Shown here: piece after piece, positions 8,947 through 15,462 of the stretch
How positions within the stretch are numbered: position 1 is the stretch's first letter
Layout of the letters: each line of letters opens with the position of its first letter
Origin: a virus
DNA length: 64,000 nucleotides
IMG/VR virus record: IMGVR_UViG_3300044701_001468
Strand: one strand, 5' to 3'
Position numbers and translations under genes: made by a program
Notes under the pieces: model-generated
Database searches by the model: none
The model's input: only the letters and a program-made list of their open reading frames with translations
What the model was told of the DNA's origin: nothing

Positions 8947-10352
8947 AATTTTGATATCCACATATAGTGGTCAATTGTTCTAGATGCAGGACTCAAAACC
9001 TCAAATGGTTTCTCAGAATTCCATTTGAGGTTTTTTGCTGACATGGTGTGATAAAACATCATCATATCCATCCATGGAGTTTTTGCTAATCCACCAGCAG
9101 TTGAATCCAATTCTGTTCCTAAGTTATCAACAATACCTTGATAGAAATCATAGTGAACATTTTTATGATCTATCCAGAAGTCAGTATCATTTCTATAACA
9201 AGTTTTATATTGAGCAAGAATAAAACATGCCCACCATTTATAACTCTCAGATAGATAATCATTCAAATCTACTATAGATTTACCTCGTTCAAATATATCT
9301 TCCAGACCAAATAATATGTAAGATGTTAATGCAAGTCCAGGAGCATCTAATGGTTCCAAGAATCCATTTGCCATACCAGCAGAACAACTATTCTTTCTGT
9401 AAGTAACTTTATTATATTTGGGTTTGAAGTCAACCACGTTAGGCACTATAGTTTCATCACCTATATCTTTGACAAATTCATCTACTGCTTGGTCTATACT
9501 GATATGCCTAGAACTAAAAGCATATCCAGTTCCCACACGAGACCACGTTGGTGTAATCCAACGCCACCCATATTTCATTGTTTTAGCTATAGTATATGGA
9601 TGAAATTGTTTTTTCTTATTTTCATATTTCAAAGGATAAAATAGTGCTTTATCTGTCAATAGAACATCAGACAAATCAGTATATTCTTGTCTAAAAATTC
9701 TGTTTGTTTTCTCGGTAGCACCACTAGTATTGATGTAGTAGTCTGCTTTGATTCTTCTACCAGATTCAGAAATAATTTCTTGTATAACATCACCATCAAA
9801 TACACAATCAACTATTGTGTCTTCAACAAACACTACGTTGTCATTTTTTAATGCAAGTTTCTTTAAATACTTTATATACTTCCCAGCATCAAAGTGCCAA
9901 GAGTTAGGATACTCTAAAAACTGAGATGGTTTAGTTCCTATTCCGTTTAGAATATGATTGTTTGTTGTTGCTTGAAATAAAAACTTGCCTATGAGATCAT
10001 GAATGTAAACGTTTCCTTTGCTTCCTAATCGTTTACCATATTCATGAATGTTTATATCATACTTTCTAAAATGATCAGTGCATTTTAAATGATGTAACCA
10101 ATTACGTTCTGACCAATTCTTATAGTAGACTCCATACTTTACTGCTGCATCAGTCTCTCGTATAAAATCTGATAGATCATCACCTATTTTATCATGGAGT
10201 TCGCAGAAATCTATAGTTGTGGATTCACCCACACCTATAGAAGGAATATGGGGAGATCCCACTATGGTTATTTTTTTCACATATGATTTATTTTTAAATA
10301 AATTACATGCCTGCCACCCAGCAGCGCCCGATCCTATTATACAAATATGCAT
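8916..10352 (-). CDS. Tryptophan halogenase-like flavoprotein
   Basis: GSGAAG, IGVGEST, AVKYG (catalytic Lys position), WRWITP, GFLEPL. Confidence 0.85.
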   Translation of the reverse strand: MHICIIGSGAAGWQACNLFKNKSYVKKITIVGSPHIPSIGVGESTTIDFCELHDKIGDDLSDFIRETDAAVKYGVYYKNWSERNWLHHLKCTDHFRKYDINIHEYGKRLGSKGNVYIHDLIGKFLFQATTNNHILNGIGTKPSQFLEYPNSWHFDAGKYIKYLKKLALKNDNVVFVEDTIVDCVFDGDVIQEIISESGRRIKADYYINTSGATEKTNRIFRQEYTDLSDVLLTDKALFYPLKYENKKKQFHPYTIAKTMKYGWRWITPTWSRVGTGYAFSSRHISIDQAVDEFVKDIGDETIVPNVVDFKPKYNKVTYRKNSCSAGMANGFLEPLDAPGLALTSYILFGLEDIFERGKSIVDLNDYLSESYKWWACFILAQYKTCYRNDTDFWIDHKNVHYDFYQGIVDNLGTELDSTAGGLAKTPWMDMMMFYHTMSAKNLKWNSEKPFEVLSPASRTIDHYMWISKFHSACGSDAW

Positions 10353-10363
10353 ATCAAATTAAT

Positions 10364-10386
10364 AAAAAAGGAGGGGTATACCCTCC
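10364..10386 (-). terminator. Intrinsic terminator after the hli/petF operon
   Basis: GGAGGG-TATAC-CCCTCC followed by TTTTTT. Confidence 0.75.
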
Positions 10387-10405
10387 GATTATTTATTAAT
10401 ACCAA

Positions 10406-10525
10406 TCAAAAAACGCCTGGGACAATCTGACCAGTTGTGACATAGGTTCCGACTGCGATTACGAAACCAAGCATTGCGAGACGAGCGTTAAGAATCTCAG
10501 CCTCAGGGGTCCATCCGAATTTCAT
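10406..10525 (-). CDS. hli: High-light-inducible protein (39 aa, missed by ORF track)
   Basis: [39 protein letters not shown]: AE.lN.RlAMLGF and TGQI.PG motifs. Confidence 0.95.
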   Translation of the reverse strand: MKFGWTPEAEILNARLAMLGFVIAVGTYVTTGQIVPGVF

Positions 10526-10713
10526 TTTGTTTCTCCTCTTTTAGTAGTGTTTTGGATTACAATAAATTTGTCTTTTTTTAGGGTGCCTGCAACACAGACT
10601 TTAAGTTGATCATCTCTATCCCAAGCACCACTTTCAACCAGTTCAGTGAGAGCAAGGGCAAATTGCCCAAGCATGTCACCAGTATTATAAATCATATCAA
10701 TTCCTGTATTCAA
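10522..10713 (-). CDS. Conserved cyanophage hypothetical protein
   Basis: 63 aa, overlaps both neighbours by 4 nt. Confidence 0.65.
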   Translation of the reverse strand: MNTGIDMIYNTGDMLGQFALALTELVESGAWDRDDQLKVCVAGTLKKDKFIVIQNTTKRGETK

Positions 10714-11000
10714 AGGTTTTCTTCTTGTTCAGTAAGAATTACACAATCAGATTTGGGATAAGCAACACAAGTGAGCACCCAACCATCTGCTAGCTGATCA
10801 TCATCGAGGAACGATTGCTCCTCATTATCAACTTCACCTTCAATCAGTTTACCAGCGCAAGCAGAGCAGGCACCAGCTTTACATGACGAAGGAAGGTCTA
10901 CGCCTGCTTCTTCTGCTGCTTCGAGAATGTATTGATCCTCAGCACACTGAATAGTTTGCTCGGTGCCGTCAGGGGAACGAAGGGTAATGTTATATGCCAT
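10710..11000 (-). CDS. petF: Plant-type 2Fe-2S ferredoxin
   Basis: CKAGACSAC...VLTC cysteine pattern. Confidence 0.97.
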   Translation of the reverse strand: MAYNITLRSPDGTEQTIQCAEDQYILEAAEEAGVDLPSSCKAGACSACAGKLIEGEVDNEEQSFLDDDQLADGWVLTCVAYPKSDCVILTEQEENL

Positions 11001-11086
11001 TAGTAAGTTTCACAAAGTTTTTCTACGGATGCTGCCAGTAATACGAAGAAGGCAACACTAGTAATTGTAAATGTAAGTTCTGCCAT
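11000..11086 (-). CDS. 28 aa single-TM peptide
   Basis: [28 protein letters not shown]; its stop overlaps the petF ATG. Confidence 0.6.
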   Translation of the reverse strand: MAELTFTITSVAFFVLLAASVEKLCETY

Positions 11087-11099
11087 TGTCAAACGATTG

Positions 11100-11309
11100 T
11101 CAGAAGATGAAGAAAAAGAGTTTGCCAGTGGCAACGTAGGACACGATGCCAGCAACGAATCCTAGCATAGCCCAGCGCCCGTTGGCAAGCTCTGCACGTT
11201 CGTTGTGAGTCATCATGCCATACTTGATGGCATCCTCATCGGAGATGTACATCGCAGGTTCCTTGGCAAACATATTTTGTTGCCCATACTCATTGGTGGT
11301 AACGGTCAT
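11100..11309 (-). CDS. hli: High-light-inducible protein
   Basis: AELANGRWAMLGF motif. Confidence 0.95.
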   Translation of the reverse strand: MTVTTNEYGQQNMFAKEPAMYISDEDAIKYGMMTHNERAELANGRWAMLGFVAGIVSYVATGKLFFFIF

Positions 11310-11333
11310 GTGTTTTGTAACGAATCTTTACAT

Positions 11334-11362
11334 AGTATATAGCATCTCATCTCCCATGTCAA
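11334..11362 (-). promoter_or_regulatory. Sigma70-type early promoter of the hli-petF-hli operon
   Basis: TTGACA-17 nt-TATACT. Confidence 0.85.
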
Positions 11363-11434
11363 GCCCCCTCTTTTGTCAGCAAATCCTAATGAGTATTTTG
11401 ACGCATCTAAATACGATAAAGACATCGTGAAGAA

Positions 11435-11566
11435 ATGCGGCGAATCAGTATTTGTCTGCTAAAATGGGATGGGACAACTGAATGGCGAATTATTCCTTGG
11501 GGTAAACGTCATTTAGATTACCACAGAAAAGATGGAGACATCATCATGTATTACGAGGTATTCTAA
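11435..11566 (+). CDS. 43 aa hypothetical protein
   Basis: MRRISICLLKWDGTTEWRIIPWGKRHLDYHRKDGDIIMYYEVF; TAATG coupling to next ORF; CTAAATA at 11407. Confidence 0.5.
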   Translation: MRRISICLLKWDGTTEWRIIPWGKRHLDYHRKDGDIIMYYEVF

Positions 11567-11778
11567 TGTATAACCTATCAAGCAGAGATGTTAATCGCAT
11601 CATCACAGCATGTAAACATTATGCCTACCACGAAACTGGTAGTGACTGGATGCATGATGAATATATCAAAATCATTCAAAAACTTTGCGTTTACTTGGAT
11701 CAAAACTTTGATTCTGAAACTCAGAAGCCAATTGAATGCTATATCAATGTAAAGAAAAATGACTCATCTGATAGTTAA
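11566..11778 (+). CDS. Hypothetical protein
   Basis: 70 aa ORF in plus-strand cluster. Confidence 0.65.
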   Translation: MYNLSSRDVNRIITACKHYAYHETGSDWMHDEYIKIIQKLCVYLDQNFDSETQKPIECYINVKKNDSSDS

Positions 11779-11899
11779 AATCTTAAATAATCCCATCAGT
11801 TTGGGCATCCTTTGCTTTGCCCTAGTAATGTTTCCCATTATAGGAATCGCTAAAATCCATGACACAAGTAACCAAAGAAGAAGTTCAGGAGATGATTGA
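11759..11899 (+). CDS. 46 aa membrane peptide
   Basis: MTHLIVKILNNPISLGILCFALVMFPIIGIAKIHD... Confidence 0.5.
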   Translation: MTHLIVKILNNPISLGILCFALVMFPIIGIAKIHDTSNQRRSSGDD

Positions 11900-12047
11900 T
11901 GATGCAATACGACAACATAATCGTAATGCTTCGATTATCTCAATGTGTGTTGGCTGGGTTGTTTTGTCTCTTTTTGCTGAAGGTTTGCTTCGACTCATTG
12001 GAGTAATCCCACCACTACTACCATGGCTCAACATTACCCTGAAATAA
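11859..12047 (+). CDS. Conserved cyanophage membrane protein
   Basis: EMIDDAIRQHNRNASIIS then TM helix. Confidence 0.7.
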   Translation: MTQVTKEEVQEMIDDAIRQHNRNASIISMCVGWVVLSLFAEGLLRLIGVIPPLLPWLNITLK

Positions 12048-12202
12048 TAGGCATTGTATTGCTATTAGTATTTGCTGCCACCATGTTCTATCAAGGAACA
12101 TGTATCATGAGAGGGCAGCGTGGTTATTCATGCAGAGATTACATGAAACAGGATAGCACAAACATGCGTAAAAGAATAGAAGAAATACTTAAGGACAAAT
12201 GA
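12023..12202 (+). CDS. 59 aa membrane peptide
   Basis: MAQHYPEIIGIVLLLVFAATMFYQG...; ATGA overlap with next ORF. Confidence 0.55.
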   Translation: MAQHYPEIIGIVLLLVFAATMFYQGTCIMRGQRGYSCRDYMKQDSTNMRKRIEEILKDK

Positions 12203-12309
12203 TAACTCTAACAGAAAAAGATTTGCAAGAACTACAAGAAATAGTTTTCCAACAAAAAATGGATGAGTTATTTGAAGAACCATCCACATACGAAGACGAA
12301 GATGAATAA
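12199..12309 (+). CDS. 36 aa acidic peptide
   Basis: MITLTEKDLQELQEIVFQQKMDELFEEPSTYEDEDE. Confidence 0.55.
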   Translation: MITLTEKDLQELQEIVFQQKMDELFEEPSTYEDEDE

Positions 12310-12430
12310 CTTACCTTGGGGAGTGTTTATTATTCTTGGAGTTGGATTGGCAGGCACTGCATACGTTATCTATTACATTTTAAAATTAGCATACGAGGAA
12401 ATGAAAGATGAACCACCTAGTTCTCACTAG
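12302..12430 (+). CDS. 42 aa single-TM peptide
   Basis: MNNLPWGVFIILGVGLAGTAYVIYYILKLAYEEMKDEPPSSH. Confidence 0.55.
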   Translation: MNNLPWGVFIILGVGLAGTAYVIYYILKLAYEEMKDEPPSSH

Positions 12431-12497
12431 TATTTGTTTGTTTGGTTCGATAAGTTTATTCATATATTGGGGATTGACTAACGCATACCCACACTAA
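12408..12497 (+). CDS. 29 aa single-TM peptide
   Basis: MNHLVLTSICLFGSISLFIYWGLTNAYPH. Confidence 0.55.
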   Translation: MNHLVLTSICLFGSISLFIYWGLTNAYPH

Positions 12498-12522
12498 ATA
12501 TAGTATTATTGCTATACATAAT

Positions 12523-12849
12523 ATGCTTTCCACGCAATATCGACTGAGATTACAATCAATCTGTGACAAAATTATAAGTGGGGAGTCAGTAGATTTGAAC
12601 GATATGATTTGGGCAGAGAAGCTTGCCAAAGCAAATCGTTCTGCTGCAACCATGCTACGTCAAGCAAGACGCACTGCCGCCAACCCTGATATGGTGGAAG
12701 GTGATATGGATGATTTTTTAAACCAACTTGATATCGGTGGCATTGGAAACGATGCCAAAGGTATCAGAAGATTCGAAAGTGTTGATGACATCGTAGATTT
12801 CTTCAGCGAAGGTAGAGACAAACCCGACGACTGGAGGCAACGCGACTAA
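12523..12849 (+). CDS. Conserved cyanophage hypothetical protein
   Basis: MLSTQYRLRL...MIWAEKLAKAN; CTAAATA at 12494. Confidence 0.75.
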   Translation: MLSTQYRLRLQSICDKIISGESVDLNDMIWAEKLAKANRSAATMLRQARRTAANPDMVEGDMDDFLNQLDIGGIGNDAKGIRRFESVDDIVDFFSEGRDKPDDWRQRD

Positions 12850-13085
12850 TGGAATCACTTATACTTACCTGCTTACAAGCACAACTTTTAGCTGGAAGAG
12901 TATACGCACAGGAAAATATTGCTCCCAAAGATAAGAATGATTTAGTGTGGGAAATAAAACAAATAGCTCCAAAGGAATGTAAACTCTATGACAAACGCAC
13001 AGAGAGCAGCAATCAATCTGTTACTGGAAGACTTACATACAGTTCACCCAGAAATTCGTATGCAAGCAAAGAACGAGGGTTGTGA
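12849..13085 (+). CDS. Hypothetical protein
   Basis: 78 aa; TAATG coupling. Confidence 0.55.
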   Translation: MESLILTCLQAQLLAGRVYAQENIAPKDKNDLVWEIKQIAPKECKLYDKRTESSNQSVTGRLTYSSPRNSYASKERGL

Positions 13086-13167
13086 ACGAGAGCTAGATGA
13101 ATACAAAAGAGAAGTTCTACTTTACCTTATCAAAAAAGTATCTGTTGATACAGAATTACCAAACTAA
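12988..13167 (+). CDS. 59 aa hypothetical protein
   Basis: MTNAQRAAINLLLEDLHTVHPEIRMQAKNEGCERELDEYKREVL... Confidence 0.5.
   Translation: MTNAQRAAINLLLEDLHTVHPEIRMQAKNEGCERELDEYKREVLLYLIKKVSVDTELPN
13138..13151. promoter_or_regulatory. NtcA-type binding box
   Basis: GTATC-TGTT-GATAC = GTA-N8-TAC with an extended palindrome, 25 nt upstream of the riboswitch. Confidence 0.6.
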
Positions 13168-13174
13168 ATAATCC

Positions 13175-13219
13175 AACGTTCACCTGTATAGGCGGAAGTA
13201 GGGAAACCGAAGGAACGCA
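13175..13219 (+). promoter_or_regulatory. Glutamine riboswitch (glnA / class I)
   Basis: P1 CGTTC/GAACG, P2 CCT-GTAT-AGG, CGGAAGTA, P3 GG-GAAA-CC, GAAG: glnA-motif architecture. Confidence 0.9.
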
Positions 13220-13246
13220 CTTTACACAAGTAAAGGAGCAAATCCA

Positions 13247-13405
13247 ATGTCACAAGCAACTTATCGTGGTTGCCAGTATAACACTGACACCCCTAAAGAA
13301 GAATATCGTAAGTGGTATTCACAAACTCATGCACCAGCACATCCACAGAATACATATCGTGGTGTTGCCTACCGCCCATGTAAGAATGAGGAGGTAGCAC
13401 AATGA
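13247..13405 (+). CDS. DUF4278-like peptide (52 aa)
   Basis: MSQATYRGCQY...NTYRGVAY, two YRG motifs; AAGGAG RBS; directly downstream of the riboswitch. Confidence 0.8.
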   Translation: MSQATYRGCQYNTDTPKEEYRKWYSQTHAPAHPQNTYRGVAYRPCKNEEVAQ

Positions 13406-13485
13406 GTTGGTTAGAAGTTATTCGTAGACGAATCGAAAAAGAAAAACGCTTGAAACAAGCACAACTTGCGATGGCAATGAAATAA
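13402..13485 (+). CDS. 27 aa basic helical peptide
   Basis: MSWLEVIRRRIEKEKRLKQAQLAMAMK; GGAGG RBS; ATGA overlap. Confidence 0.6.
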   Translation: MSWLEVIRRRIEKEKRLKQAQLAMAMK

Positions 13486-13489
13486 AACT

Positions 13490-13511
13490 AAGACCCTTCG
13501 GGGTCTTTTTT
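13490..13511 (+). terminator. Intrinsic terminator
   Basis: AGACCC-TTCG-GGGTCT followed by a T-run. Confidence 0.9.
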
Positions 13512-13513
13512 AA

Positions 13514-13586
13514 TGGAAACAACTGGACTTGAACCAGTGGTCTTTCGATTATCAGTCGAATGCTTTACCAACTAAGCTATGTTTCC
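13514..13586 (-). tRNA. tRNA-Ile(GAT)
   Basis: Cloverleaf; anticodon arm TTCGA-CTGATAA-TCGAA. Confidence 0.95.
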
Positions 13587-13590
13587 TTAA

Positions 13591-13672
13591 TGGGTAGGGA
13601 GGGATTCGAACCCCCGAAGGCGGAGCCGACGGATTTACAGTCCGTTTCCATTAACCACTCGGACACCTACCC
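13591..13672 (-). tRNA. tRNA-Tyr(GTA)
   Basis: ACGGA-CTGTAAA-TCCGT, long variable arm. Confidence 0.95.
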
Positions 13673-13675
13673 AAA

Positions 13676-13747
13676 CTCCCCCACCTCGATTCGAACGAGG
13701 AACCTTAGAGTTAACAGCTCTCTGCTCTGCCGTTGAGCTATAGGGGA
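13676..13747 (-). tRNA. tRNA-Asn(GTT)
   Basis: AGAG-CTGTTAA-CTCT; TTCGAAT T-loop. Confidence 0.93.
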
Positions 13748-13753
13748 ATGAAA

Positions 13754-13924
13754 TCAGGATTGCTGAGAATCCATCATGTATTCTACTGTGTTTGCAATGT
13801 CATTCATAGCATCACGTAGATGTGGTCGTTGACCACTTTCTTGTCTAACAATAGGTCTATGATCATCAGTAAGAGACCAACGCCATTGTTTCATTTCAAC
13901 ACAATACCACAAATTAATTTTCAT
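13754..13924 (-). CDS. Conserved cyanophage hypothetical protein
   Basis: MKINLWYCVEMKQWRWSLT; likely start 13924. Confidence 0.7.
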   Translation of the reverse strand: MKINLWYCVEMKQWRWSLTDDHRPIVRQESGQRPHLRDAMNDIANTVEYMMDSQQS

Positions 13925-14126
13925 GTTTGAAATATTCCAGTCGAATCCAGTTGAGGAGAGCGTTGAGTTCAAAGAGTTCTGATTGATATTCAGAGTACTC
14001 TGGATAGTTTTCATCATTTGTTAATCCTCCATCTTCAATAAATTTAATTTCACTGGAAAGATAATCTCTATAGTGCTCCATAGCAGCTATAGTCATGGTT
14101 CTGTCTTTTTGCGATAATAGTGACAT
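13914..14126 (-). CDS. Hypothetical protein
   Basis: MSLLSQKDR...LNALLNWIRLE; GAGG upstream. Confidence 0.65.
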   Translation of the reverse strand: MSLLSQKDRTMTIAAMEHYRDYLSSEIKFIEDGGLTNDENYPEYSEYQSELFELNALLNWIRLEYFKHEN

Positions 14127-14148
14127 GGTATTTATCCTCAAGGATAAG

Positions 14149-14220
14149 AGCGGGGTATCGGAATCGAACCGACGACATCTAACTTGGAAGGATAGCGTTC
14201 TACCGCTGAACTAACCCCGC
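14149..14220 (-). tRNA. tRNA-Gly(TCC)
   Basis: GCGGGGT/ACCCCGC acceptor; CTTCCAA loop. Confidence 0.95.
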
Positions 14221-14455
14221 AAATGCTCTCGACTACACTATGTATCTGCTACGATACTATGTAGTTTTGAGCAAACCCAACATATTGGGATGCAATCTCC
14301 AGTTTTTCATGCTTTTGATTGCGGGATGATAGAGGCTTGATTACGAAAGGCAATCTGTTTGAGCATATCATAACGACCGTGCCAATCTCGGACTAGGCTA
14401 ACTTATACTATCTGGCCAGATAGTTGAAACCATCGGATATTTCCAATAGTTTCAA
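14221..14455 (-). ncRNA. Candidate structured RNA between tRNA-Leu and tRNA-Gly
   Basis: At least four hairpins, including the 18-bp palindrome ACTATCTGGCCAGATAGT; no convincing ORF. Confidence 0.4.
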
Positions 14456-14537
14456 TGTCGGTAAGAGGACTTGAACCTCCACGAATTACTTCACTGGAAC
14501 CTAAACCCAGCGCGTCTACCAATTCCGCCATACCGAC
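14456..14537 (-). tRNA. tRNA-Leu(TAG)
   Basis: CTGGG-TTTAGGT-TCCAG, variable arm. Confidence 0.95.
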
Positions 14538-14538
14538 G

Positions 14539-14613
14539 TGGGAGCGGGGGTTGGAATTGAACCAACTGCCTGGAGCTTATGAGACTCCTGTGCGACCACT
14601 ACACCTCCCCGCT
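14539..14613 (-). tRNA. Atypical tRNA with CAT anticodon (Met/Ile2)
   Basis: AGCGGGG/CCCCGCT acceptor, GGAGT-CTCATAA-GCTCC, encoded CCA; A8 and C73 are non-canonical. Confidence 0.75.
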
Positions 14614-14624
14614 TCAACCCCTCT

Positions 14625-14654
14625 ATTATATATGAGAGGGGTGGGGGTTGTCAA
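14625..14654 (-). promoter_or_regulatory. Sigma70-type promoter for the tRNA run
   Basis: TTGACA-18 nt-TATAAT. Confidence 0.7.
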
Positions 14655-14660
14655 TCCCCC

Positions 14661-14850
14661 CGTGCTCGGCTCGCCACTTGCCCTTTGACTGGAGGCAAGA
14701 AACCAGGCGGGAGAGAGTCCCATCCGCACCACCAATTTTTTAGAGAAATTGGAAACTCATCGAGGGGGTTCCCGACCAGGGTTGTTAACGTGTCTCCATC
14801 ACGGGCATAATAGGGTCAAATTTGACTCCACCAGGGCGCTTTTAATGTCA
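14661..14850 (-). ncRNA. manA-like structured RNA
   Basis: Two tandem GTTTC-stem-loop-(G)TGG pseudoknot units; ~190 nt GC-rich non-coding stretch next to tRNAs. Confidence 0.65.
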
Positions 14851-15462
14851 TCCCGAGACACTAGGAGTAGAACCTGTTATATTATTAAACCACGTTACTA
14901 CTGAATATTTAGTACCAGATTTTACAGGTGCTGCTTTATGAGGGTATAACCACGTTGAAGGAAATAATATGACATCTCCCTGCTTTGGTTTGTGTATCAT
15001 GAATGGAAACTCAAGTTCACCGCCCTCGTAATCATCATTCAAGTATAGCACAATAGATAGCACTCTGTCAATATCTCGGTTCTGAGTCAGGTCAACATGA
15101 AAATCATAGAACTGGTCTGTCTCATACTTATTAATTTGATATCCAGAGTCCACAATATTTCTAAATTGAGTATTCCAAACTTGCCTCATATAAGGATCAA
15201 TTGCTGATAACCATAACTGATATGATTCAGCAACTTTGTTATATAAAAAAGTATCTAATGGTGTTTGAGGTATAACATAACATTGTGTATTATTTCTACC
15301 ATCAATTATAGCAGGTTTATAATCTCCCTGATCAACATCACCTACCAAAGATCTATAAAAATCAGTAACATGTGAATTGTTTTCAGCACAATGCATAACG
15401 TAATCACATTCAACATCTGTCATTACGTTAAACACTTTAATATAGTCTGTTACATCAACCAT
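14848..15462 (-). CDS. 2OG-Fe(II) oxygenase (prolyl-4-hydroxylase-like)
   Basis: FHVD, SIVLYLNDDYEGGEL, YPHKA..VKSGTKYS. Confidence 0.9.
   Translation of the reverse strand: MVDVTDYIKVFNVMTDVECDYVMHCAENNSHVTDFYRSLVGDVDQGDYKPAIIDGRNNTQCYVIPQTPLDTFLYNKVAESYQLWLSAIDPYMRQVWNTQFRNIVDSGYQINKYETDQFYDFHVDLTQNRDIDRVLSIVLYLNDDYEGGELEFPFMIHKPKQGDVILFPSTWLYPHKAAPVKSGTKYSVVTWFNNITGSTPSVSG

Noticed and set aside
11316-11333. NtcA box in the hli leader (GTAAAGATTCGTTAC)
   Set aside because: Spacing is N9, not N8; better read as a short TGTAA/TTACA hairpin
12302-12497. PsbN-like and PetN-like identity for two TM peptides
   Set aside because: Only size and a WG or Y..Y pattern match; too weak to name
14455-14688. 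ORFs 14455-14688 and 24583-24795 in the track
   Set aside because: They overlap tRNA genes on the opposite strand
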